Shown here: in pieces, positions 1 through 10,097 of the stretch | Layout: each line of letters starts with the position of its first letter | Position numbering within the stretch: position 1 is the stretch's first letter | DNA from: an uncultured Clostridia bacterium | Lineage (GTDB): Bacteria; Bacillota; Clostridia; TANB77; CAG-508 | Assembly: GCA_949746675.1 (NCBI GenBank) | Contig: CATKDT010000047.1 | Coordinates: forward strand, 1 to 57,682 | Direction: 5' to 3' | Length of the DNA stretch: 57,682 nt | Notes under the pieces: generated by a model | Told to the model about the DNA's origin: nothing | Database searches by the model: none | What the model saw: the letters and a program-made list of their open reading frames with translations, nothing else | Position numbers and translations under genes: made by a program

Positions 1-2
1 AA

Positions 3-1617
3 TTCCTAGATGAATTAATAAAGAGCGAAATAGAAGGTGCAGATGTAAAAGGAGATGTGGCAATAATAGGAAAGTATGCATATGAGTTAGATAGAAGTGT
101 ACCAAAGATAGGTAGATACTTAGGTTTATCAAAAGACTTAGTATGGCCAGAAGTTGAAGCAACAATACAACTAGCAGATGATAAAAAGAATGCAACAATC
201 ACAATAAATACAATTGAACGAAAGAATGGCATAAACAAGATAGAAATATGGCTACTAGGAGAAAAAATAAAGGAATACACATATGATCCAGCAAGGACAG
301 AAGTAACAGAGCCATATATAGCAACACAAAATGGAATATATACAATAAAAACATATGGAGAATTAATGTCAAAAACAACAGCAAAAGTAGATGGAATAGT
401 AGCATCAGTAACATTTGATCCAAACGGAAATAATGAATGGCAAAAATCACATTCAACAAAAGTTACAATACAAGAAACAACAGATAAAATAGTTAAAGCA
501 AAGTATATATGGCTTACAAGTACAACAACACCAGAAGACAGTCAATTTATAGAAGAACAAACATTTAAGAATGGAGATACAATATCAAAAGAAGGTATTA
601 CTGGAACATATTATTTATGGACAATGATAGAAACACAATCAGGAGAAAGGGAAAAATGGAGGAGCGAAGGTTTTAATTTTGATAATGAAGGACCAACAAT
701 AAATTCATTAACATCAACAGCATTATCATCAACATCACTTAAATTAAGTGTAACAGCAACAGATAGTCAAAGTGGAATAGTAAAATATAAAGTTTTTGTA
801 AATGATATTTTAGAAAAAGAAGAAACAGTAAATAATATTAAAGTTATTGATTTGCGCGAATTTATAATAGAAAGTGAAATTTACAATAATAATTGTTATA
901 TAATTGTAACAGATAAGGTAGGTAATAATACAAGGAAAGATATAAATGCTAGAACTTTAGGAAAATCGCCAATAATTACAGAAGTGGAATTAAATTCAAA
1001 AACGTCAAGTCGTATTACAATCAATACAACAGCTATTGATGAAGATAATGACAAATTAACATATAAATTATATCTAGGAGAAGAATCAAATAAATTAAAG
1101 TTAGTTGATACATCAGCTGAAACAGAGCAAGGAATACAAGTGCAGTTAGAAGAAGGATATTTAACAGAATACAAAACATATTATTATAGAATAGATGTTA
1201 CTGATGGAATAAATACTGCCAGTAGTAGTGTATATAGTGTAAAGACTATGTGTAGTGGTAGTACATTAAATTGTAATTCAGCAAAAAAATGTACAACATG
1301 TTCTGGAAATGGTACAGTAACATGTAATAGTGATAAGAAAACATTTATATATGAGAGTGGAAGTTACAAATGTGGAAGATGTAATAAAACATATACTACA
1401 AATGGCTATTATAAGGTGACATGTTCAGTATGTGGAGGAGTACAATACGCTTATTATGATTGTGCATGTGGAAACCGACCATCAAAAAGCATAAGTAAAG
1501 GACCAGGAAGACATACATGTACTTCATGCAGACGGATCAGGAGGAACAAAATGCTCACATGGATATAGTACTTCTCATGGATATTGTATTCATGGAAAAA
1601 CATCAGAACATGAATAA
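3..1617 (+). CDS. Surface/secreted repeat protein (Ig/FN3-like modules) with a C-terminal DnaJ-type CxxCxGxG cysteine-rich tail. It is 5-prime partial and needs a +1 shift at CGG 1533-1535 to reach its full C-terminus.
   Basis: Frame 3 is open from nt 3, so the GTG at 57 in the ORF track is probably internal. It carries the motifs FNFDNEGP and SVTATDSQSGIVKYKVFVND. The tail has CTTCSGNG, CGRC, CSVCGG and CACG. The 0-frame stops at TAG 1566-1568. Skipping C1533 gives CTSC-R-GSGGTKCSHGYSTSHGYCIHGKTSEHE*, which restores a CxxCxGxG unit and ends at TAA 1615-1617, just before the hairpin at 1625. Confidence 0.7.
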
Positions 1618-1624
1618 TCTATAA

Positions 1625-1680
1625 AAAACTCATTTATTATATTGAATTTCATTAATATAATAATGAGTTTTAATTTTTAT
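1625..1680 (+). terminator. Rho-independent terminator candidate
   Basis: aaaactcat (1625-1633) pairs with atgagtttt (1663-1671), with additional AT pairs inside, followed by a T-rich tail (aattttta). Confidence 0.6.
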
Positions 1681-1813
1681 AATAAACATTCATTTTTTTC
1701 AAATTTATTTCCCTAAAGCTATTGAAAAAAGAAGCCCATTTTGATATGATAGTTTTGAAAAATTTTATACAAAAATCAAAAGCAAAAATAAAAAATTAAA
1801 AGGAAAGAAAAAG

Positions 1814-4800
1814 ATGAAGTTACAACATTTAGCAGTTATTTTCGTAATAATAATAGTGCCAATAGCGCTAGTATTATCAACATATACAGATGGTTTAATA
1901 AAAGTAATAAACAATGAAGCACACTATGATACTGTACTAACAAATGCAACTTATGATGCAATAAGAGCATATCAGATGAATACATTACATAATTCGTTTG
2001 CGAGTGTAAATAACTCAAGAGAAAGAGATATAAATGCATCTGTGAACTCATTTTTCAATAGTTTATCTTTAGGACTAGATAAAAGTGGATATACAAAAAC
2101 TGAATTAAATGAATATATACCATCAATGTTATTTACATTGTATGATGGATATTATGTATATGGGCCATTTAAAAACGTTGGAAGCATAGGAACAGTAGGA
2201 ACAGGAAATGGACTAAAAAGAGCACAATACTCAACAACAGAAGATACAAAGTTAGAATATGGACTAATGCCATATACATATTATTCATGCGAATATCAAG
2301 GAACGGCATCAGATGGAAGCCAATTTGACATAGTAATAAATTATTCACTTGATAACTATATAAGTATATCAGGAACCCATGGAAAAGACAGTGATGGAAA
2401 TGACAGATATATTACAGCTTCAGGATATTACATAAACTCAAATAAAGTACAGATTAACGAAAGTACAAGAACAGCAACTCTTACAAATAAAGGAGATAGA
2501 GATATAACGATAACTCCTGAAACTTTAGGAGAATACATATCCTTTACAGATGAATTGAAAGTAAAAGACATAGATGGGAATAGAACAAGAATAGTAAAAC
2601 AAGCAGTACATGAAACACCAGTATATTATAATTACATAAACTATAATGAAGTAAAATATTATCTAATGCCACAAGAAGAAATAAATTCAACAGATATGGC
2701 AACATTTAATACATCATATGATGGAATACCAATATTTGTCCTTGACAATGATGTACGTGTGTTTATCAATAACGACATGTTAAAAGAACTTGCAAAACAC
2801 ACCAAGTTTTCAGGCTGGGATACTAACCCAGAGAACTTATATGCACCAGAAAACTTTAAAGATGTAAATGCATTTAATTATTATAAAAATGCAAAAGAAT
2901 TCTCAGAAAAAGTACATCCATATTTAAAAGATATAAATGTTAGAGAAAACACAGATGGAACTTATGGAGATGTTAAATCAGTATTTTTCAATAATCAATA
3001 TGAAGTATATCCAAGTGATAGAAATGGAGAAAATTATAATTCAGCACATGTAAAAGTATCATATTCAGAATTAAGCAAAGCATGTCCATTTGACTTTACA
3101 CTAGATGGAAATGATCCAGAAGAAGAAGTATCAATATTTAACAACCATAGAATAGATGTAATAGTAAGTTCAATAGAATCAAGTCTAGTAAATTCAATAG
3201 GAAATTTTAATAACTATGTATCAAATACATTTAGTTATGCAATGCCAACATTATCAGAAAGTGATTGGTATAAAATTGCAAACAACTTAACAACTGTTTC
3301 ATTCATGCAAGGTTTGCCAGTTGGAAAATATAAATTTTACAGTAATTATGCAGTAGTTACAAATAAGAAAAATAAAGAATTTATAGGAAGAGATGCAATA
3401 TATGTTCAAGATACAGTAGAAGGATTATCACAAGCAGAACATGAAGCAAACTATGTAGCAAAAAGTCTTCCAGAATATCATTCTCCATCTTGTGAAGAAT
3501 ATAATAGAGACAAATCAGGTGCTTCAACAGGAGTTGTTGGATATAGGAACATTGACTATGAGGAAGAACCAGTGTTAAATACATATCCTAAATTAAATGA
3601 TACAAAGACACAAATATTAGATGAAGATTCAGATGGGAAAAGAGACGAAATAACTCAATCTCTAAATTATTATTTCCAGCCAGGGACAGGAGCATATGAA
3701 TGTATAATATCAAGAAATCAAAATAGAATAACAACTGATGATTTAATAGGACAAAAAAGTACTAAAACAGTAAGACGAGGTGATGAGTTAACTTCAACAA
3801 TACTTCCAATATCCGAAACAGTACAAACAGCATATATATCAGCATTAGCACGTGAAAAGGGAGCATCTTACAAACACCATTCAGGACTAAACTATCATAG
3901 ATACATGAATAATGGAACAGAATTAGGAGAGAACATTGACAAAACTTATAATGATATAGACAAAAACTTTAGTGATGAAAATAATTTAAATGTACCAACA
4001 GTAACAGATCCAGATTATAATGGAGAAGTAGTTCCAATAACACCATCAATACCTCCACATACCTATTACTTCAATGGAAAAGTAGTATCAATAAAAGTAG
4101 GGGAAGAAATCTCAAGTAATGCATTAGTTGATACAGACATACCAGGAATGCCTACTATAAAATCAATTAATGATATGAACATAGCAACAAATAACATAGG
4201 TGGAATTACAGGAAGCTCTAGAGTACAAGGATTAAGGGTTGGACAAACTAGTGTATTTTTAGAGACCAGTGTAAATGGAACAACATATACAGCACGTTCA
4301 ACAGTAATAGTTACACCAGCAGATACTCCACCACCAACAGAGCTTGACAATGAAGAAATAAAGATTTATGAAGTAGCTACAACAGGAGAACGAGATATAA
4401 CAAGTAAAAAAGTTACAATGCTTACAAATGAAAGAATGAATATACATGCAACTAAAACAGATTCGAGAGATGTACTTACAGCAACTTCATCAGATACAAA
4501 TAAAATAAAGATTCCACAATGGAATAATTCAACAGATAGAGGTACAATTAGAGCAAATACCAAAACTTTAAATCCAGTTACAGTAATTATAAGTGGAAAC
4601 ATGATTGTAGCTAACACAGGAGCTATAGCAAGTGCAAACTTTGAATGTGATGTAGTAGAACAAGTAATTGATATAGGAAATATTACAATTTCAGCTGGGG
4701 AAACATATAGACTTGGAGCAGATGATGGAGCTGATATTAAAATTGAATTAGTAAAAGACGAAAATCTAATATATGAATTATATACAATTCCAGGAAATGA

Positions 4801-7480
4801 TGGAGTTGTAACACTTGATCCTAATACAGGAAATCTTACAGGTAATAAGCAAGGGTCTGCGATACTAGTAATAACTGGTGAAACTTCAGGAGCAACAAGA
4901 CAAGTAATAATAACAGTTACAGATAATAGAGCAATATACTATGCAACATTACATTCAGATGGAACATTAGCATTTGCAAATACTGAAGCAGCATCAAAAA
5001 TATCAGGAAAAATGGCTAATAAGACATATGCTGTTACACTAGGTACTGAACAGAAATTTATGACAAATGCAAATGAAAACAACAATGTAGTAGAAGTTAG
5101 GTTTGTTGAGCCTATAACAGTAAGAGGACAAAAAATAGAATGGTTTACAAATTGGCCAAACCTTCACAAATTAGTTAATGAAGGAAATCTAAAAACTGAT
5201 AACATAACAGATATGAGAAAACTATTTTATAAATGTACAAAACTTGAAGGAAATCTAGACTTAAATAGCTGGAACACAGGAAAAGTACAATACATGGAGC
5301 GAATGTTTGAAGACTGTGAAAGTGTAAATAATATTTATTTAAGTAATTGGAACACTGAAAATGTACGAGACATGCAATATATGTTTAAGGGTTGTAAAAA
5401 GCTAGAAAGAATTACAGCAAATGCTACAACAAGTACATGGAATGTTAACAATGTAACTAAGATGCAATATATGTTTAATAGCTGTTTAAGCTTAAAAACA
5501 GCAACTCTAAACAATTGGGATGCTGGAAATGTAGACACTATGGAATATATGTTTTCAGACTGTATATCACTGGAAAATATAAATATTAGTACATGGAATA
5601 CTCTAAACTTAAGAGATACTAGATACATGTTCTCAAATTGTATGGCACTAAAAACTGTAATAGCTATGAGCTCACAAGGAAATTTCACAACAGCAAATGT
5701 TGAAAATATGAGTTACATGTTTACTGATTGTCAAAATGTTACAACATTTACATTAAATAATTGGGATACACGAAAAGCTGAAAAAATGCAATCATTATTT
5801 AGTGGATGTAGTGCTATAATGAGTATGGACTTGAGTTCATGGGTTACATCTGCACGAACACTTGGAGATAACAAAGAAAAGGACCAAGAAATGATGTTTA
5901 ACAATTGTACAGCATTACGTAGCTTGAATCTATATGAGTGGATTTTAGGACAAAAAGTAGTAAGTATGTTTAATAACTGTACATCATTACAAACAAACAC
6001 ATTTAATATAGCAAGAGTAAAAACAAATGCATGTACTGACATGTCTAATATGTTTGCTGCTTGTGAAAGCTTGACATCACTTAACTTAGTATCTTCTGGA
6101 GAATATTGGGATGTATCAAATGTAACAAGAATGATTAACATGTTTAGAGGCTGTAAAAAAATGAGAACAATAAATGTTGCAAACTGGGATGTACGAAATA
6201 CAACAACTTTCATAAATATGTTTACTGCATGTGAAGCATTACAAGGTATTAATCTAGAAAGCTGGAACAATAACTGGTATAAGGATGGAATTAACTTAGA
6301 TTCTATGTTTTCATATTGTAAAAAACTTACAAATATCAATCTACGTGGATTAGTAAACACTAAAGTTACAACAATGGCTAATATGTTTGAAAGTTGTGAC
6401 TCTATAACAAACTTTAGCTGGAATTCATGGAACTGGAATGTATCAAAAGTTACAGATATGTCATCATTCTTAAGAGGTGGAGAAGAGTTAAGAACAGTTA
6501 ACTTGGACTTAGCACAAGCTGGAGGAGAAATAATAGTTACAAACCTTGAAAACTTCTATACATCTTGTAGAAAACTAACAAATGTTTCAATGAACAATTG
6601 GAAAGCTAACAATTTAACAGCAGTACATGTAATGTTTGATGATTGTAAAAAGCTACAAACAGTAGAAATGAATAATTGGGAGGTTGCTCAGATAACAACT
6701 TTAGGAACTATGCTATCTGAAAGAGACAATTTAACAACAGTATCAATGAATAATTGGAAAGCACCTAAATTAAGCAACATTAATAGAGTATTCTATAGAA
6801 CAAAATCATTAACAACAGTAAATATGACAAACTTAGAGTCAGATAATTTAACTAGTGTATATGGTATGTTTGAAGGAATATATTATACAGCACCTGCAGT
6901 AGAAACAGTTCCACAAAGAGAACAAAGAGAAAGTTATACAAGAGATAGATTAACAACAGTAGATATGTCAGGATGGAAATGTCCTAATTTGCAAGATATG
7001 TCTAGAATGTTTATGGAATGTAGAGCACTTACAACAGCTAATTTATCTAATGGAAATACAAGTAATGTAAGATATATGAATGATATGTTTAACAATTGTC
7101 AAAGATTACGAACAGCCAACTTATCGGGAGATAATACAGAAAATGTTACAAATATGAGAAATATGTTTTTAAAATGTCAAGATTTACGAACTGTTAACTT
7201 AAGTGCATTAAATACAACAAATGTTTCAATGTACAACTTAGAAGGAATGTTTGTAGGATGTAGAGATGCCTTTACACTTATAATAAATTCACAAGAAAAT
7301 AATACATATGGTAATTATAATAGATCAAAACTAAGAAGAGCATATGACGAAGATGCAAATAGTTATGGATACTATTATACAAGTTCTTATAGATACAAAA
7401 TATTTGGGCATTATACAAATAGATATTATTGGAATGATAAATACTATTGGGAAGGAACTGTAAACTTTGTAGTATATTAA
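1814..7480 (+). CDS. Giant (1888 aa) membrane-anchored surface protein with an N-terminal signal anchor, Big_2-like Ig domains and a long C-terminal BspA/DUF285-type leucine-rich repeat array
   Basis: Single uninterrupted ORF with an AAGGA Shine-Dalgarno. The N-terminus MKLQHLAVIFVIIIVPIALVL is hydrophobic. A mid region (VSIKVGEEIS...RVQGLRVGQTSVFLETSVNGTTYTARSTVIVTP) looks like a bacterial Ig-like group 2 domain. The C-terminal half is built from repeats of the form W(N/D)TxxVxxMxxMFxxCxxLxx(L/I)(N/D)L. Confidence 0.85.
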   Translation: MKLQHLAVIFVIIIVPIALVLSTYTDGLIKVINNEAHYDTVLTNATYDAIRAYQMNTLHNSFASVNNSRERDINASVNSFFNSLSLGLDKSGYTKTELNEYIPSMLFTLYDGYYVYGPFKNVGSIGTVGTGNGLKRAQYSTTEDTKLEYGLMPYTYYSCEYQGTASDGSQFDIVINYSLDNYISISGTHGKDSDGNDRYITASGYYINSNKVQINESTRTATLTNKGDRDITITPETLGEYISFTDELKVKDIDGNRTRIVKQAVHETPVYYNYINYNEVKYYLMPQEEINSTDMATFNTSYDGIPIFVLDNDVRVFINNDMLKELAKHTKFSGWDTNPENLYAPENFKDVNAFNYYKNAKEFSEKVHPYLKDINVRENTDGTYGDVKSVFFNNQYEVYPSDRNGENYNSAHVKVSYSELSKACPFDFTLDGNDPEEEVSIFNNHRIDVIVSSIESSLVNSIGNFNNYVSNTFSYAMPTLSESDWYKIANNLTTVSFMQGLPVGKYKFYSNYAVVTNKKNKEFIGRDAIYVQDTVEGLSQAEHEANYVAKSLPEYHSPSCEEYNRDKSGASTGVVGYRNIDYEEEPVLNTYPKLNDTKTQILDEDSDGKRDEITQSLNYYFQPGTGAYECIISRNQNRITTDDLIGQKSTKTVRRGDELTSTILPISETVQTAYISALAREKGASYKHHSGLNYHRYMNNGTELGENIDKTYNDIDKNFSDENNLNVPTVTDPDYNGEVVPITPSIPPHTYYFNGKVVSIKVGEEISSNALVDTDIPGMPTIKSINDMNIATNNIGGITGSSRVQGLRVGQTSVFLETSVNGTTYTARSTVIVTPADTPPPTELDNEEIKIYEVATTGERDITSKKVTMLTNERMNIHATKTDSRDVLTATSSDTNKIKIPQWNNSTDRGTIRANTKTLNPVTVIISGNMIVANTGAIASANFECDVVEQVIDIGNITISAGETYRLGADDGADIKIELVKDENLIYELYTIPGNDGVVTLDPNTGNLTGNKQGSAILVITGETSGATRQVIITVTDNRAIYYATLHSDGTLAFANTEAASKISGKMANKTYAVTLGTEQKFMTNANENNNVVEVRFVEPITVRGQKIEWFTNWPNLHKLVNEGNLKTDNITDMRKLFYKCTKLEGNLDLNSWNTGKVQYMERMFEDCESVNNIYLSNWNTENVRDMQYMFKGCKKLERITANATTSTWNVNNVTKMQYMFNSCLSLKTATLNNWDAGNVDTMEYMFSDCISLENINISTWNTLNLRDTRYMFSNCMALKTVIAMSSQGNFTTANVENMSYMFTDCQNVTTFTLNNWDTRKAEKMQSLFSGCSAIMSMDLSSWVTSARTLGDNKEKDQEMMFNNCTALRSLNLYEWILGQKVVSMFNNCTSLQTNTFNIARVKTNACTDMSNMFAACESLTSLNLVSSGEYWDVSNVTRMINMFRGCKKMRTINVANWDVRNTTTFINMFTACEALQGINLESWNNNWYKDGINLDSMFSYCKKLTNINLRGLVNTKVTTMANMFESCDSITNFSWNSWNWNVSKVTDMSSFLRGGEELRTVNLDLAQAGGEIIVTNLENFYTSCRKLTNVSMNNWKANNLTAVHVMFDDCKKLQTVEMNNWEVAQITTLGTMLSERDNLTTVSMNNWKAPKLSNINRVFYRTKSLTTVNMTNLESDNLTSVYGMFEGIYYTAPAVETVPQREQRESYTRDRLTTVDMSGWKCPNLQDMSRMFMECRALTTANLSNGNTSNVRYMNDMFNNCQRLRTANLSGDNTENVTNMRNMFLKCQDLRTVNLSALNTTNVSMYNLEGMFVGCRDAFTLIINSQENNTYGNYNRSKLRRAYDEDANSYGYYYTSSYRYKIFGHYTNRYYWNDKYYWEGTVNFVVY
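5141..7290 (+). repeat. In-frame array of about 25-28-aa DUF285/BspA-like leucine-rich repeats inside the giant CDS
   Basis: The motif recurs over about 2.1 kb, for example SWNTGKVQYMERMFEDCESV, NWNTENVRDMQYMFKGCKKL, TWNVNNVTKMQYMFNSCLSL, NWDAGNVDTMEYMFSDCISL, ANWDVRNTTTFINMFTACEAL. Confidence 0.8.
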
Positions 7481-7646
7481 AAAATAGTTTAGGCAAGTAA
7501 TTTTAAGAATTTAGAAATAAATAAAAAAAATAAAGCTTGCCTAAACGATAAGATTTTAAGTAAAGTGGGAGATATGGATGAATAATAATAACTTTTAAAA
7601 ATTATTCATGTTATTTTACAAATTTCAAGAAAGGATATAATAAAAA

Positions 7647-7790
7647 ATGGAAGAAGAAAACAAAAAGGAAAAGAAGAGCAAAAAATATCATAGTACAAGA
7701 AGTGGACTAACAAGAATAATTGCTTTAATATTAGCACTAATTATGTGTTTTGCAGCAACAGCATCATTAATATTTATGTTAATAGGATAA
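7647..7790 (+). CDS. Small (47 aa) membrane protein, not in the supplied ORF track
   Basis: ATG at 7647 preceded by AAGGA (7631-7635). Translation is MEEENKKEKKSKKYHSTRSGLTRIIALILALIMCFAATASLIFMLIG*, a basic N-terminus followed by one clear TM helix. It occupies an otherwise empty intergenic gap. Confidence 0.45.
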   Translation: MEEENKKEKKSKKYHSTRSGLTRIIALILALIMCFAATASLIFMLIG

Positions 7791-7905
7791 CAAAAAGTAG
7801 CTAAATAGTGTGATTAACTGATCAATGTAATATTAGAAAGTTTACTTTATTTGATGGCAAAAATTATTTTTATTATAAAAATTTCCAAAATAAACGGAGG
7901 AAAAG

Positions 7906-8811
7906 ATGTTTGAAGAGTTGAATAAAAAAATGCAAATAGATGTTACACAGTACTTAAATGACCTAAGAGCAAACCCATTATCAATTATTCCATTAATACT
8001 TGATATAATAGCTGTTTTAGTACTAGTATATAGTTTTGTAAAAATTGCTAAAAAATCAAGAGTATTACAATTATTAAAAGGAATAGTTTTATTAATTGTA
8101 ATTACATTACTAAGTGGAATATTTAAACTTAGGATATTAAACTTTATACTTACATCAATAATGACTTATGGTGTAATTGCAATAATTGTTATATTTCAAC
8201 CAGAACTTAGAAGAGCACTAGAACAACTAGGCTCAAGTACTTTTACAAAACTCTTAGGAATTGAAAAGAGTATAATTGATAAAACTAAAGAAGATATATA
8301 CAAAATATTAATAGCAATTCAAGAGCTTGCTAAAGAAAGAACGGGAGCATTAATTGTATTTGAAAGAGAAATAAAACTTCAGGATATTATAGAATCTGGA
8401 GTTGAAATGGATGCAATAATTTCACCACAACTAATTGTAAATATATTTGTTGAAAATACACCACTTCATGATGGGGCAATTATAATAGCAAATAATAAAA
8501 TTGCTTCAGCGGCATGTATTTTACCTTTATCAGCTGATAAAGATATAGCAAAAGAACTAGGAACTAGACATAGAGCAGCAATGGGAATTTCGAAAGAGTC
8601 AGATGCAATAGTAGTTGTTGTATCAGAGGAAACTGGAAAAATATCTATTGCTAAAGATGGAACTTTAATTGCTGATGTTAAAGAAGATGCACTAAAACGT
8701 ATACTAATAAAATATTTAGTAACTTCTAGGTTTGGAGCAGAAGAAAGAGAAAGTAAGATAACAAAAATCAAAGGTAAGTTTATGAAAAGTAAAGAAAAAG
8801 GAAATATGTAA
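7906..8811 (+). CDS. cdaA: Diadenylate cyclase CdaA (membrane-bound c-di-AMP synthase)
   Basis: Three N-terminal TM helices followed by a DAC domain with DGAIII and RHRAAMGISKESDAIVVVVSEETGKISIA motifs. GGAGG Shine-Dalgarno upstream. Confidence 0.9.
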   Translation: MFEELNKKMQIDVTQYLNDLRANPLSIIPLILDIIAVLVLVYSFVKIAKKSRVLQLLKGIVLLIVITLLSGIFKLRILNFILTSIMTYGVIAIIVIFQPELRRALEQLGSSTFTKLLGIEKSIIDKTKEDIYKILIAIQELAKERTGALIVFEREIKLQDIIESGVEMDAIISPQLIVNIFVENTPLHDGAIIIANNKIASAACILPLSADKDIAKELGTRHRAAMGISKESDAIVVVVSEETGKISIAKDGTLIADVKEDALKRILIKYLVTSRFGAEERESKITKIKGKFMKSKEKGNM

Positions 8812-9548
8812 TGCGAAATATAAAACTTATTATTGAATATGATGGTAGAGATTTTAAAGGATGGCAGAAACAAAACGACAAACTTAATATTCAAGGTGAA
8901 ATTGAAAAAGCGATTGAAACTATAACTGGAGAAAAAGTTGAATTAATAGGATCTGGTAGAACTGATGCTGGAGTTTCAGCCTTAGGACAAGTTGCAAATT
9001 TTAAAACGGAATGCACTATTCCAACAGATAAGATACCATATGCATTAAATACCATGTTAAAAAAATCTATTAGGGTAAAAAAGGCAGAAGAGGTAGATGA
9101 GAAATTCCATAGTAGGTATACTTGCAAAAAAAAGACATATAGATATGTTATAAATAATACTGAGCATGGAACTGCAATTTATAGATATATTCAATATCAC
9201 TTTCCTTTACCTTTAGATGAAAATAAAATGAATGAAGCAATAAATTATTTAATAGGAGAACATGATTTTAAATCATTTAAAGCAAGTGGAACTAGTAGTA
9301 AAAGTAGTGTTAGGACTATATATGATGCTAAAGTTTTTAGAGAAGGAGAACTTGTAATTATTGAACTTACTGGAAATGGATTTTTATATAATATGGTACG
9401 AATAATTTCAGGAACACTTGTTGATGTAGGACAAGGCAAAATTGAGCCAAACTATATGAAAGAAATATTAGAAAAAAGAGACAGAGAATATGCTGGAAAA
9501 ACTCTCCCAGCAAATGGACTTTGCTTAATGAAGGTCTATTACGATTAA
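8811..9548 (+). CDS. truA: tRNA pseudouridine(38-40) synthase TruA
   Basis: IEYDGRDFKGWQKQ and GSGRTDAGVSALGQVANF (catalytic Asp motif). The ATG overlaps the cdaA TAA by 1 nt. Confidence 0.9.
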   Translation: MRNIKLIIEYDGRDFKGWQKQNDKLNIQGEIEKAIETITGEKVELIGSGRTDAGVSALGQVANFKTECTIPTDKIPYALNTMLKKSIRVKKAEEVDEKFHSRYTCKKKTYRYVINNTEHGTAIYRYIQYHFPLPLDENKMNEAINYLIGEHDFKSFKASGTSSKSSVRTIYDAKVFREGELVIIELTGNGFLYNMVRIISGTLVDVGQGKIEPNYMKEILEKRDREYAGKTLPANGLCLMKVYYD

Positions 9549-9653
9549 AAAATAATAATAAAAATATAGCCTATTGAAGTTATATATTTTTATTATTTAT
9601 ATTATTAACATATTATATGGATTATTCATAGTATATTTCAGGAGGAGAAAAAA

Positions 9654-10025
9654 ATGAATACTTTATTATTACTATTTTTTGTACTTCCACTTTCTGTAAT
9701 TATATTTTCGATTGCTCTAGAAAAAATACTAAATAATCCTATATTAGTATCAGCTATAATATTTGCAATATCTCTAATCGTAGCATTTGCTATATTTGCA
9801 GGTTCATCTACAGCAATAATAGTGGCTATAATATATGGTTTACTAGCATTAGCTACAGCACTCATAACAAGCTTAGTTGACAGATTTTTTGACAACAGAT
9901 GTGGCAATAATAACGATAATGACGACGACAATGATAATGATGATGACGACTTGCCTAACACTCGAGCATGTAGAATCTGTAGATGCCAAAAAAGAATATG
10001 TAGGTGTTTAGGAAACAATAGATAA
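9654..10025 (+). CDS. Small membrane protein with an Asp/Asn-rich acidic tract and a basic Cys-rich tail
   Basis: AGGAGG Shine-Dalgarno. About 3 hydrophobic helices, then NNNDNDDDNDNDDDD, then CRICRCQKRICRC. I recognise no family. Confidence 0.55.
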   Translation: MNTLLLLFFVLPLSVIIFSIALEKILNNPILVSAIIFAISLIVAFAIFAGSSTAIIVAIIYGLLALATALITSLVDRFFDNRCGNNNDNDDDNDNDDDDLPNTRACRICRCQKRICRCLGNNR

Positions 10026-10048
10026 GATTGAAAAGATAATTAAACAAT

Positions 10049-10096
10049 AAAAACGAAGCTAAAACGTAAATTATTACGACAACTTCGTTTTTTTAT
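10049..10096. terminator. Bidirectional terminator between the convergent 9654 gene and mutS2
   Basis: aaacgaag (10051-10058) pairs with cttcgttt (10083-10090). There is an inner cgtaa/ttacg stem, an A-run on the left and a T-run on the right. Confidence 0.7.
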
Positions 10097-10097
10097 A

